Shown: one piece after another, positions 1-11,442 of the stretch
Position numbering within the stretch: position 1 is the first letter of the stretch
Layout of the letters: every line of letters begins with the position of its first letter
Origin: Mobula hypostoma
Taxonomy: Eukaryota
Assembly: GCF_963921235.1 (NCBI RefSeq)
Contig: NW_026948187.1
Coordinates: 7,316,001-7,373,593 of the forward strand
DNA: 57,593 nucleotides
Direction: 5' to 3'
Program-made: the position numbers and the translations under genes
Notes under the pieces: model-generated
The model's input: only the letters and a program-made list of their open reading frames with translations
Told to the model about the DNA's origin: nothing
The model's database searches: none

Positions 1-99
1 AAAGAAGAAGAAATGGGAGTAGGGAAAAAGGGAAGAAGAGGAAATGAGTGAAGACAGGGGTGGAGACAAAATGAAAGGATAGATATTTTTTTTTGGAAA

Positions 100-420
100 G
101 CTGTCTTTAAAACTTTATCAAAGGTCTTGAATTTGGACCTACAACCGAATTTATTTACAGCAATTTTTGGGATCATTCCACCGGAAGCAGGATATATTCC
201 TGTTTCCGCTCAACGGATGATAGCTTTTACAACTTTATTGAGTAGGAGAGCCACTTTGCTTAACTGGAAGGGTTCTAATCCACCTACTGTTTTTTTTATT
301 GGCTTTCCTCCATTATGTCCTGTCTACTTTTAGAGAAAATATGGAGTCGGACATTTGATACATCCTTTAAATTTGAAGAAACCTGGCGACCTTTTGTTCA
401 ATATTTTCATATGGATTTAT
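100..420 (+). mobile_element. L1/Tx1-type LINE ORF2 C-terminal remnant
   Basis: IAFTTLLSRRATLLNWKGSNPPT, then EKIWSRTFD...ETWRPFVQYF in a shifted frame; similar to the remnant at 19629-19970. Confidence 0.6.
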
Positions 421-530
421 TTATTGCTCTTCCAGTTACTTTCTCGAAACCTTGGGTTTGATCAGGAAGTTTTTTTCTTTCTTTTTGCTTTTACTAGCAG
501 TATGGGCTTATTGAGTATATTGAGTATAAT

Positions 531-1150
531 TATTGAGTATAAGAGCTGGAATGTTATGATGAGGTTGTATAAGGCATTGGTGAGGCCGAATCTGGAGTAT
601 TGCGTTCAGTTTTGGTCACCAAATTACAGGAGGGATATAAATAAGGTTGAAAGAGTGCAGAGAAGGTTTACAAGGATGTTGCCAGGACTTGAGAAACTCA
701 GTTACAGAGAAAGGTTGAATAGGTTGGGACTTTATTCCCTGGAGCGTAGAAGAATGAGGGGAGATTTGATAGAGGTATATAAAATTATGATGGGTATAGA
801 TAGAGTGAATGCAAGCAGGCTTTTTCCACTGAGGCAAGGGGAGAAAAAAACCAGAGGACATGGGTTTAGGGTGAGGGGGGGAAAAGTTTAAAGGGAACAT
901 TGGGGGGTGGGCTTCTTCACACAGAGAGTGGTGGGAGTATGGAATGAGCTGCCAGACGAGGTGGTAAATGCGGGTTCTTTTTTAACATTTAAGAATAAAT
1001 TGGACAGATACATGGATGGGAGGTGTATGGCGGGATATGGTTCGTGTGCAGGTCAGTGGGACTAGGCAGAAAATGGTTCGGCACAGCCAAGAAGGGCCAA
1101 AAGGCCTGTTTCTGTGCTGTAGTTTCTATGGTTTCTATGGTTTCTATAGT
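531..1150 (+). mobile_element. CR1-clade LINE 3' fragment
   Basis: LYKALVRPNLEYCVQFWSPNYRRDINKVERVQRRFTRMLPGL C-terminal motif; 3' UTR ending in (gtttctatg)n. Confidence 0.9.
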
Positions 1151-1457
1151 TTCTTCCTTTTTCTTTTTTTTACCTTCTGTTTTTGTTTATAGAGAATAAT
1201 GGGGTTCTTTATATATATAAGATTATGAAAGTTTCTTTATATTTTTTTCTTTTTATGAAATGATAAGAGGAGAAAGAGGGAGAGAGAAAGGGTAGAATGG
1301 ACAGGGAAAGGGGGAGAGGTGGGGCGGGTGGGATAGAGGCCCCGCTTCCATGTTGTTTCAGTCTATTATTCTATGTGCTGGGAGGTGGCGAACGCGGCTG
1401 CGTAGACGCGGCGAGAAAGAACGAGGGCTGGTTTTGAAACAGGCTGCGCCCGCTGTG

Positions 1458-1507
1458 TAACAACAATCCGCAGTTTTTCGGCAGCGGGACCAAACTGGTA
1501 GTCTTTG
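1458..1507 (+). CDS. TRBJ: TCR beta joining segment J1 (NNNPQFFGSGTKLVVF), apparently functional
   Basis: FGxG-T motif, open frame, GT donor at 1508 (gtgagt). 12-RSS: nonamer GGTTTTGAA 1430-1438, 12-nt spacer, heptamer CGCTGTG 1451-1457. Confidence 0.92.
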
Positions 1508-2145
1508 GTGAGTCGGCTTTTGTTTCTGGATGCTGAGTCCATTTGACTCGGGGCGGAGCAGGGCGACCAGCGGGGGGGGGGGGGTGCTAAATGTCGGCGG
1601 GGATTTCGGGGCGAGCAGCAACCCCGCAGCGGAGCTTGGCAGAGGGGCGACGGGAGAGCTTCGCCTGAGACGAACAGGGGAGAAAAAGTTGCGGAGTAAT
1701 AGAGGGGGAGATTGAGAGGAGTGGTCGAGATGGGGTGGACAGACGGGATGGGAGAGAGTGCACAGGAGAAAACAGAGAGCGGGGATAAAAATGGAGTTGG
1801 AGGGACAGAGAAGATAGCTAGGGAGAGACGAGGAAGAGGAAGAACTGGGAGACGGGGGGAGCCGGAGAGGGAGACGATGAGGTGAAGGGAGAGAGATAAA
1901 TAGAAGAGGGGGAAGGGAGCGAGATGGAAAGGAAGAGGGAGAGAGAGAATGGGGGGGGAGACTGACAAGGGGAGAGCGGCGAGAGGGAGAAGGAGAGGAG
2001 GTGAGAAGAGAAGACGGGGAATAGAGAGAGTGAGGCGGGGAAAATGGCGAAGATCATAGGTGCACGAACAGGGCTGATGGCGGCGGGTGCACAGGCAGAA
2101 GGTTAGAGGCCAGGGTTTGTTTGGAGACAGCCCCGAACCGGTGTG

Positions 2146-2195
2146 TAATTACGATGAAGCCTAATTCGGCGACGGGACGAAACTGGTCGTTTTAG
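2146..2195 (+). pseudogene. TRBJ: TCR beta J2 pseudogene (NYDEA*FGDGTKLVVL)
   Basis: J motif and gtaag donor present, but in-frame TAA at 2162-2164. Heptamer CGGTGTG 2139-2145; nonamer-like AGGGTTTGT 2112-2120 is 18 nt away. Close paralogue of J3. Confidence 0.88.
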
Positions 2196-2932
2196 GTAAG
2201 CGGGTGCGTGTTTGACGCCCAGTGAGGCTGACTCCGAGCGGAGGGGCTGAGGGACACGAAGATACAGCAGGAGGAGGAGGAGAGGAGGGGAGAGAAGAGA
2301 AATGAGAGGGGCGGGGGGAGAGAGACGAGAATCGGCAGAGAAAGGGAGAGATGGATGCGGCGTGAGAGTCGGACAGAGTGAGAGACGGAAGAGAGGAAGA
2401 GGAGAGAAATGAGAGGAGATGGAAAGAGGGGGAGAGGTAATGAGGGGATGGGATAGAAAAAGGGGGAAGGTGGAGCGGTAGGGATAAAGGGATTGAGAGT
2501 AGATGGAGGAAAGAAGAGATTAGAGGCAGAAGGCAAGAAGCGGGGGGGGGGGGAACCCATGAGGGAGGAAGGAGAGAGGGAAGAGAAAGGCATGGGAGAA
2601 GAGGACGAGAGGGCGAAGGAAACCTAAGCGGGGCAGGGGGCGAGGTGGAGAGTGAGACAGGTAGATGGAGGGGGCTGCGAGGGGGAGAGACGGCAAAGGA
2701 GAGGGGCAAGGGTGAAAGACAGGAGTGAGGGAAGACAGGCAAGAGAGAGTGTTAGGGAGAGCAAAGGAGAGGGCGATAGAGATTTTAGGGGAAAACAAGA
2801 GAGGGAGAGAGGTGACCTGAGCAAAATTGGTTCGTTGACTGTAGAGAAGGGGTCTGCCGACTGGGCCGATGGCGACAGGTGTACAAAACACAAGTTTGGG
2901 AGCCAGGTCTTGTTTAGAGACGCACTGGTGTG

Positions 2933-2982
2933 TAATGCTTACGAAGCATACTTCGGAGCCGGGACAAAGCTGGTCGTTTTAG
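2933..2982 (+). CDS. TRBJ: TCR beta J3 (NAYEAYFGAGTKLVVL), apparently functional
   Basis: FGAGT motif, donor gtaagc at 2983. Heptamer TGGTGTG 2926-2932, 12-nt spacer, nonamer AGGTCTTGT 2905-2913. Confidence 0.92.
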
Positions 2983-3606
2983 GTAAGCGGGGGTCATGTC
3001 CACTGCTGGGAGAGTCAGACTCGGGGCGCAAAATAATGCGGCAGGACATCCCAGGGGGAAACGGTGCGATCTAGGTCGAGAGGGGAGAGACCGCTGCAAG
3101 AAACAAAGAGTGTTTAAGACACAGAGAGGGAAAGAGAGGACGCGGAGAAGGGGAAGGGACGACTGAGGGTTGAGAGTGGCAGGGTAGAGATTGGTAGAAG
3201 AGGGAAAGACAGGGACAGAGGTGGTAAAAGAGGAGAATGGGGTCCATGAAAGAATGAGAGAGGTAGAAGTGGAGGGGGGGGGGGGAGAGAGATTGGAAGA
3301 GAGGATGGAGAGTGGAAGGAGAGAAGGAGCAAGAGAGAATGTGGAGGAGAAGGGAGAGAGAGGGACAGCGAAAGAGAAGGAAGAGGAGGGAAGGAGGATA
3401 GAGAGCGAAGATGAGGAGAGTGAGTGAAGGGGAGAGAGAAGAAGAGGGGACCGGGGAACTGGAAGGGGGTACGAAAAGCTGAGTGGAGGGAGAGAGAGAA
3501 GGGGGAGAGAGAGGAGGGGGAGAAGGGGAGAAAGAAGGGCAAGAGGCGGCAACCAGAAGCTAAGGGAGAGAGCAAAGAGGGGCCAAAAAGAAAAAGGAGG
3601 GAACGG

Positions 3607-3644
<38 letters not shown>

Positions 3645-4305
3645 GGGGAGGGAGATCGGCGAAGAGAGAGGAGAGGAATGGGGGAGCGGGAAAGTAGAGA
3701 GGGGGGAGAGGGGAAAGAGAGCGGGGGAGAGGGAGGTGGAAACGACAAGGGAGGAGAGGGTGAAGAGGGCCGAAAGAGAGCGAAAGCGGCGGAAATTAAC
3801 AGAGAGGTTGAAAGGAAACAGAGCGGAAAACTGAGAAAGAGAGATTGGGATAGAGAGGGGAAGGGGGGAGAAGTTAAGCTCATCAGGGAGAGGTATAAAC
3901 GGATCTGCACATGTTTGCTGACAGAAACGCCATTTTGTCCAACAACCAGTTCTCAGGGAGTGAATTTCGAAAAGGTCACGGCGCAAGAATTGTTCCGCTG
4001 GCTCGGTGTGAGCCCTGGGGGTGGGGGGAGGGGGGATTGCAAGAAAAATTTACGAGGGCAGATATCTTGACCCTGAGAGCGTCCGGTGCCTGGAATTCGC
4101 GGCCGGGGCTGTTGGGGGAGACAGAAACGATAATGTTCGCGGTTCAGGGGCGGCTGGGCAGGCCCATATATGGTTAGAGAACAGTGAGGGAGGTATAGGG
4201 ACCATGCTCAGTTTAAATTAACATCGTGGTCGGCAGAGACGCAATGGGCCGAGAGGCCGCTCCCTGTGCTGTTCCGCATTCTGCTAACGGACGTAATTTA
4301 GCTGG

Positions 4306-5390
4306 AAACAATAGGAATTCTGCAGATGCTGGAGATTAAAGCAACACACATCAAAGTTGCTGGTGAACGCAGCAGGCCAGGCAGCATCTCTAGGAAGAGG
4401 TACAGTCGACGTTTCGGGCCGAGACCCTTCGTCAGGACTAACTGAAGGAAGAGTGAGTAAGGGATTTGAAAGCTGGAGGGGGAGGGGGAGATCCAAAATG
4501 ATAGGAGAAGACAGGAGGGGGAGGGATAGAGCCGAGAGCTGGACAGGTGATTGGCAAAAGGGGATACGAGAGGATCATGGGACAGGAGGTCCGGGAAGAA
4601 AGACAAGGGGGAGGTGACCCAGAGGATGGGCAAGAGGTATATTCAGAGGGACAGAGGGAGAAAAGGGAGAGTGAGAGAAAGAATGTGTGCATAAAAATGA
4701 GTAACAGATGGGGTACGAGGGGGAGGTGGGACCTAGCGGAAGTTAGAGAAGTCGATGTTCATGCCATCAGGTTGGAGGCTACCCAGACGGAATATAAGGT
4801 GTTGTTTCTCCAACCTGAGTGTGGCTTCATCTTTACAGTAGAGGAGGCCGTGGATAGACATGTCAGAATACGAATGGGATGTGGAATTAAAATGTGTGGC
4901 CACTGGGAGAACCTGCTTTCTCTGGCGGACAGAGCGTAGATGTTCAGCGAAGCGGTCTCCCAGTCTGCGTCGGGTCTCACCAATATATAAAAGGCCACAT
5001 CGGGAGCACCGGACGCAGTATATCACCCCAGTCGACTCACAGGTGAAGTGATGCCTCACCTGGAAGGACTGTTTGGGGCCCTGAACGGTGGTAAGGGAGG
5101 AAGTGTAAGGGCATGTGTAGCACTTGTTCCGCTTACACGGATAAGTGCCAGGAGGGAGATCAGTGGGGAGGGTTGGGGGGGACGAATGGACAAGGGAGTT
5201 GTGTAGGGAGCGATCCCTGCGGAATGCAGAGGGGGGGGGGAGGAAAGATGTGCTTAGTGGTGGGATCCCGTTGGAGGTGGCGGAAGTTACGGAAAATAAT
5301 ATGTTGGACCCGGAGGCTGGTGGGGTGGTAGGTGAGGACCAGGGGAACCCTATTCCTAGTGGGGTGGTGGGAGGATGGAGTGAGAGCATG
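4306..5390 (-). mobile_element. 5'-truncated Penelope-like element (GIY-YIG endonuclease end + terminal repeat) with 10-bp TSD
   Basis: ORF 4733-5389: CKRNKCYTC...GVIYCVRCSRCGLLYIGETRRRLGDRFAEH (GIY-YIG). Flanked by atttagctgg at 4296-4305 and 5391-5400. Confidence 0.88.
4403..4440 (-). ncRNA. Minimal type I hammerhead ribozyme motif in the Penelope terminal repeat
   Basis: Minus strand: tagtc CTGACGA a gggt-ctcg-gccc GAAA cGTC gactg. Core boxes present, stem I tagtc/gactg, palindromic ACGT stem III. Confidence 0.75.
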
Positions 5391-5630
5391 ATTTAGCTGG
5401 ACTTGAATTCTGCAGGAGGGGTAGGGGGTGACGAGATAGCCAGATAACTTGAGGGGGTTTCATGCGAAATCCTCCCGAATCCTTTGCCCTCCACCCCACC
5501 GCTCTTCGATTTCGTGCCTGCCTTCCCACCGGGGTCTCTCCGCCCCCGGTGATGGCTGAAGGGTTCCCTGGGTGCTCGGCTAACGGTGGGGGTGGAGGGG
5601 AGGGTTTCAATTTGCGGAGTTACCTCTGTG

Positions 5631-5680
5631 CTCCTCTGATGTGTACTACTTCGGAGCGGGGACAAAACTGACTGTCTTAG
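5631..5680 (+). CDS. TRBJ: TCR beta J4 (SSDVYYFGAGTKLTVL), apparently functional
   Basis: FGAGT motif, donor gtaggt at 5681. Heptamer CTCTGTG 5624-5630, 12-nt spacer, nonamer GGTTTCAAT 5603-5611. Confidence 0.92.
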
Positions 5681-6539
5681 GTAGGTTCGTTTACAAAGAA
5701 ATCCGTTCGTTGGACATCAATTTCTGTCTCTCTCTCTCTCTCTATCCCTTCTTCTTTCTCTCTCTGTCTCTCACTCTCTCACTCACACTCTTCTCTCTCT
5801 TTCCCTCACTCAATCCCGCTCTCCCTGACTTTCCCTCTCCTTCCACTATCAACTCTCTCTCTCTGTCCTTCCACAATCAACTCTCTCTCTTTCTTTCTCT
5901 CTCTTTCTCTCTCTCTCTCTCACTCCCCCTCTCCCTCACACACTCGCGCACTCATTGTCTGCCCCTCAGCCGGCCCTCATACCGTCTCCCTTACCCATCC
6001 CGCGCCTTGCTCTTTCTCCCTCAAACTCTCTCATCCTCTGTCTCTCACTCTGTCTCTTTCCCCCCTTCACTCCATCTGGTCTTACCTCTCTGTACCCTCT
6101 CTCTCTCATTCCTGGATTTTCCCAACTCTCTCACTCCCTCCATCGCTCTCTCTGCCCCGCGCCCTCTCCTCCTTTCCCTCCCTCACCCTCTCATCCCTTC
6201 CCTCTCTTTCTCCTTTTCTCTGCCTCCTTCTCTCCTTTCCTCTCTCACTTCCTTCACCCTTGCCTCTCTGTCCACCTCTCCATCCCTTTCTCCCTACCTC
6301 TCTCCATCCCTCTTGCCTTCCTTGGTCACCCTAGAACTAACTCCTAGCTCTCCATCTTCCACTCTCTCGCTCACTCTCACCCTCTCATTCCCTCTCTCTC
6401 CCTCTCTCTCTCTCGATACCAATCCTCCCTGTATCTCATCCTTTCTCTGGATTTTTCTGCTCCTCCCAGTCTAATTGTCTGTTCTCCTCACTCCCTCCAT
6501 CTCCAATTCTCACATATTCTCTACCTCAATCCATTTAAG

Positions 6540-7010
6540 ACTATAAGACCATAAGATTTAAGAGCAGAAGTGGGCCATTTGGCCCATCGAGTCTGCTCCG
6601 CCATTGCATAATGGTCTGATCAAATTCATCCGGTGATCCCCACTCCTCTGCTTTCACCCCATGCCCTTTGGTGCCCTGGCTAGTCAAGAACTTGTGTATC
6701 TCTGCCTTAAATGCACCCGATGACTCATGGCAACAAATTCCACAGATATACCACCATCTGACTAAAGTAATTTCTCCGCATCTCAGTTCTAAATGGACGC
6801 CCTTCAATCCTGAAGTCGTGCCCTCTTGTCCTAGACTCCCCGACCATGGGAAATAGCTTTGCCATATCTAATTTCTTCAGGCCTTTTAACTTTCGGTATG
6901 TTTCTATGAGATCCCCCCTCATTCTCCTGAACTCCAGGGAATACAACCCAAGAGCTGTCAGACGTTCCTCACACGGTAACCCTCTCATTCCTGGAAGGGT
7001 TGATATGACG
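6540..7010 (-). mobile_element. CR1 LINE 3' fragment
   Basis: GLYSLEFRRMRGDLIETY...GESRTRGH...RTEMRRNYFSQ in ORF 6725-7141. Confidence 0.85.
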
Positions 7011-7769
7011 GACTCCATGTTTACTTTTTCTGTTTCTTTTAATCCATAGACTATAGAACAGTGGAGCAGGCATACAGGCCCCCCACAATGCCTTGCCAAA
7101 CCAATGGCGTCTAACGATACTAATCCCTTCGGCCTACTCAATTACCATATGCGTCCATTTACCTCCTACTTCTCTCTTTCTAGGTCACTTATTTCGAGTA
7201 TCTTTCACCCCTTGCTTCATCATTCTGTCCCTCTCCCCTCCAACCCCCCCAACCGCCCAGTTGGCACTCACTCCATAAATCTCTACCCTGTCTTACAGAC
7301 GTCGTTTTCTCTCCCCTCCCTCCCTCTCTTTCCACATGCCTTCTCCTCTTCTCTCTCCCTCCCTCCCCATTCTCTATCTCCTGCTTCAATTATCTCTCTA
7401 CTTTCTCTGCTTCCATCATTTCCTCTTGCTCCTTTCTATCCCCGCGCTCTTCAATCCACCCTACTCTGCCCTCACTGTCCCCTCTCTCTACCTTCTCTCT
7501 CTCCCTCCCTCTCTGTCTCTGTCTCTCTCTTTCCACAATCCCCTCGCTGTTTCCCTCTATTATCTTTCTTTTCCCGACCTCGCTCCTCCGCCTTCCGCTC
7601 GTTTCCCTCCACTCTCTCCTTCCTCCCTCTCTTTAACTCTTTTTCTCGCAACCTTCCTCCCTATTCTTCTCCTTCTATCCTCTCTCCCACCGTTCATCTC
7701 TCCACTTCCTTCTCCCTACCTCCTTTCTCCTTTCTCTCACACTGTTTCTCTATTTCTTTGAGGAATAGA

Positions 7770-8210
7770 TAGAGTGGACAGCCAGCCCCTCTTCCCCAGG
7801 GCACCACTGCTCAATACAAGAGGACATGGCTTTAAGGTAAGGGGTGGAAAGTTCAAGGGGGATATTAGAGGAATGTTTTTTACTCAGAGAGTGGTTGGTG
7901 CGTGGAATGCACTGCCTGAGTCAGTGGTGGAGGCAGATACACTCATGAAGTTTAAGAGACTACTAGACAGGTATATGGTGGAATTTAAGGTGGGGGGGGG
8001 TTATATGAGAGAGGTCAACATTGTGGGCCGAAGGGCCTGTACTGTGCTGTACTATTCTATGTCCTATGTTTTATGTCCACACAGTTCTCTTGCCTCTCTC
8101 TCACCTTCTTAGAACATAGAACATAGAATATAGAATAGTACAGCACAGTACAGGCCCTTCGGCCCACAATGTTGTGCGACCCTTAAACCCTGCCTCCCAT
8201 ATAACCCGCC
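7770..8210. mobile_element. CR1 3' fragments (one +, one -)
   Basis: TRGHGFKVRGGKFKGDIRGMFFTQRVVGAWNALP, plus an inverted copy of the tail (agaacat)n. Confidence 0.75.
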
Positions 8211-8367
8211 ATCTTGGCCCTCTACACACTCTCTGTATGCCTTTTTTCCTTTTTCTCTCCTCCACACTCTCCCCCCTCCTTCCTCCTCTCTTCCCACTCT
8301 ACCCCACTCACTGCACTCCCCTTTTCTAACCCCACTTCCCTACCCTATCCTGTTCTCTGTGTCTCCT

Positions 8368-8429
<62 letters not shown>

Positions 8430-9008
8430 ATTCTCTCTCAGTCCTACCCTTTACCCTCTCGCTCTCCCTATCTCTTTCTCCCTCGGTTATTCTCTCCCTC
8501 ACTCTCTCACTCTCTCTCTCTCTCATTCTCTCTCTCCCTCCCCCTCTCTCTCTCACTCCCTCTTATTTTGTCTCCCTCGTCCTCTCTCTTTTTCTTTCCC
8601 CTCTTTCACTCATTCCCTGTATCTCATTCTCTCTTTCCTTCGCTCTGTTTCTCTCCCTCTCTGTCGCTCTTTATGTGAAATTCTCTCTGTATATCTTTCT
8701 CACACTCTCTCCATCTCCCTCNNNNNNNNNNNNNNNNNNNNNNNNNNNNNNNNNNNNNNNNNNNNNNNNNNNNNNNNNNNNNNNNNNNNNNNNNNNNNNN
8801 NNNNNNNNNNNNNNNNNNNNNNNNNNNNNNNNNNNNNNNNNNNNNNNNNNNNNNNNNNNNNNNNNNNNNNNNNNNNNNNNNNCTCCTTCTCCCGCTCTCC
8901 CTTCATCTACTGTCACCTTATCTGCATCTTATCTTTGAGTCTGCCCCGTTGGGGACCGAAGCCCCCCGAAGGCAAGAAGGCGATTTGCTCGGGGCTGCTG
9001 CTACCATG

Positions 9009-9058
9009 CTCTGAGAGGGAAGCTTACTTCGGAACGGGGACCAAGTTAGTTGCCTTAG
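9009..9058 (+). CDS. TRBJ: TCR beta J5 (SEREAYFGTGTKLVAL), open frame but non-canonical RSS
   Basis: FGTGT motif, donor gtaagc at 9059. The heptamer position 9002-9008 reads TACCATG (no terminal GTG); nonamer-like CGATTTGCT 8981-8989 at 12-nt spacing. Confidence 0.85.
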
Positions 9059-9353
9059 GTAAGCCAGTCTGTTCTTGCAGACCTGCAGGAATTAACCTCG
9101 TGCAGGAACGCATTTCGGGGGCGGTGGGGGGGGGGAGGAATTTAAGTTAATATCTCGAGAGGTACGGCAAGGTTTGATACGAAACCCGCCCGGCTCTCGC
9201 TGCCCCCTCCTTCCCGCCCTCTGATCTCGCGTCTGCCTTTTCGCTGGGGCCTCTCTTCCCCGTTGATTGTGGAGGGTTGTTTGCGAGCACGGCTGACGGC
9301 GCGGGGGGGGGGGGGGGGCGGTGGCGGTTTCAATACGCGGAGTTAACTGTGTG

Positions 9354-9402
9354 TTCTCTGGAGTGTACAACTTCGGAGCGGGAACGAAACTAGCGGTCTT
9401 AG
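9354..9402 (+). CDS. TRBJ: TCR beta J6 (FSGVYNFGAGTKLAVL), apparently functional
   Basis: FGAGT motif, donor gtaggt at 9403. Nonamer GGTTTCAAT 9326-9334, 12-nt spacer, heptamer CTGTGTG 9347-9353. Paralogue of J4, with shared flanks. Confidence 0.92.
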
Positions 9403-9450
9403 GTAGGTTCGTGTGTAAAGAAATCCGTATGTTAGGCATCAATCTCTGGC

Positions 9451-9493
<43 letters not shown>

Positions 9494-9514
9494 CCCTCTC
9501 TCTCAAAGCTGCTG

Positions 9515-10160
9515 AGCAGTTTGAGTCAGTGGTGAAGAAGGCGTACGGTGTTTTGGCCTTCAACAATCGTGGGATTGAGTTTAGCAGCCGAGAGGTAATG
9601 TTGCAGCTATATAGGACCCTGGTCAGACCCCACTTGGAGTACTGTGCTCAGTTCTGGTCACCTCACTACAGGAAGGACGTGGAAACCATAGAAAGGGTGC
9701 AGAGGAGATTTACAAGGATGTTGCTTGGATTGGGGAGCATGTCTTATGAGAATAGGTTGAGTGAACTCGGCCTTTTCTCCTTGGAGTGACGGAGGACGGG
9801 AGGTGACCTGATAGAGGTGTATAAGATGATGAGAGGCATTGATCGTGTGGATAGTCAGGGGCTTTTCCCCCAGGGCTGAAATGGCTAGCACGAGAGTCCG
9901 CAGTTTTAAGGTGTTTGGAAGTAGGTACAGGGGTAAGTTTTTTACGCAGAGAGTGGTGAGAGTGTGGAACGGGCTGCCGACGGCGGCTGTGGAGGAGGAT
10001 GCGATAGGGTCTTTTAAGAGACTTCTGGATCTGTGCATGGAGCTTAGAAGAATAGAGGGCTATGGGTAAAGCCTAGGTAGTTCTAAGGTAGGGACAGGTT
10101 CGGCACAGCTTTGTGGGCCGAAGGGCCTGTATTGTGCTGTGTGTTTTCTATGTTTCTGTG
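9515..10160 (+). mobile_element. CR1 LINE 3' fragment
   Basis: VKKAYGVLAFNNRGIEFSSREVMLQLYRTLVRPHLEYCAQFWSPHYRKD plus 3' UTR. Confidence 0.88.
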
Positions 10161-11392
10161 TCTATTGGAGCTTAGACTATAGAACAGTGTCGCAGGCGAA
10201 CAGGCTACCCACAATGCCTTGCCAGACTAGTGTCGTTGCTAAATCAACTGTCCAACGACCATAATGGCCATATCCGTCTATCTCTCCCTTTCTTGGTCAC
10301 CTTTTCTCTATTCTCACTCGTCCCTTGCTCTATCCTTCTCCCCCAGCCCCCGACCACGCCCGCCCAGGCTCACCCTCTTCCACGCACCCCTACCCTTGTC
10401 TCCCACTCGCCGCCTTCTCTCCCCGCCGGGTCCCTCTCTTTTTCCACGTGCCTCCTCGCCTTCTCTCTCCCTCCACTTGACACTCCAGACCTCTCCCCCT
10501 CTTTGCTTTCTCTCTTCCTTCTATCTCCACACTCCCCATCCAGCCCTTCTCTTTCCCCACTCTGTCCTCACTGTCTCCTCTCTCTACCCGCTCTCATTCC
10601 CCCCTTTTCCCTTCTACCCTCTTCCTCTCTCCTCTCTTACTTCTCCCTGCCTCTCTCCCTCACCTTCCACTCTTTTTCTCGTCCCTCAACTCTCTCTCCT
10701 TTCATCCCTGTATCCCCTCTCCCACCATTCCTTCTCTCCAGCTCTTTCTCCCTTCTCTTTCTCGCTGCTGCCCTCTCCACACTCCTATCTTCCCTCTCTC
10801 TCACACACACCTTCTTTCATCCTCTCTACCCTCTCTCTTTCTCTCTCTGCCTGTTTTCCGCTGTCTCTCCGCCTCTCTTTTTCCCACTCCCCTCTCTTTC
10901 CCCTCTCTGCCCTTCTCTACCCTGACCCATAATCTCTCCCTTTCTCTCTCCCACTCTCTCTCTTTCGTTATCTCTCTGTCTATATCCGTCTCTATCTCGA
11001 TCTTTCTCTCCCTCATTCTCTCTGTCTCCCTGTCGCTCCCTCTTTCCCTCTCCGTATCACTCTCACTCTCACTCATTCTCTCTCTCTGCCCCTCTCTCTA
11101 TTCCCCCTCTTTCACCTCTCGTTCTCCCTGTCCCCCCCTTTCTGATTCTCTCCCTCGCTCTCTCTACCTCTCTACCGCTCGTTCTCTCCCTTTATGTCTT
11201 CTCTCTCTCTCTCTCTCTCATTCTCTCTCTGTCTGTCATTCCGTCTCCCCACACCTATCTCTCTGCCACCCTCTCTGCCCTTTTCCCTTCTCTCTGTCTC
11301 TCTGTCTCTCTGTCTGTCTCTCTCTCTCTCTCTCCCACACTCCTCTACTCTCCTGTCTCCTTCCTTGCTCTATGTTATCGTTGTGGCTGACT

Positions 11393-11442
11393 TCACGGGA
11401 GAGAAGCAAACTTTGGAAAGGGGACAGAGTCAGTTGTCTCAA
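11393..11442 (+). pseudogene. TRBJ: Degenerate TCR beta J7 (HGREANFGKGTESVVS), probable pseudogene
   Basis: FGKGT motif at 11412-11426; 34/50 nt identical to J5 by manual alignment; weak donor gtcaat at 11443; no well-formed 12-RSS upstream. Confidence 0.65.

Noticed and set aside
1200-1430. D-beta segment upstream of J1
   Set aside because: No G-rich core flanked by 12- and 23-RSS; D is probably outside the window.
3930-4010. Possible degenerate J (NFEKVT... or NNQFSGS...)
   Set aside because: No FGxG, no convincing RSS, no donor at the expected distance.
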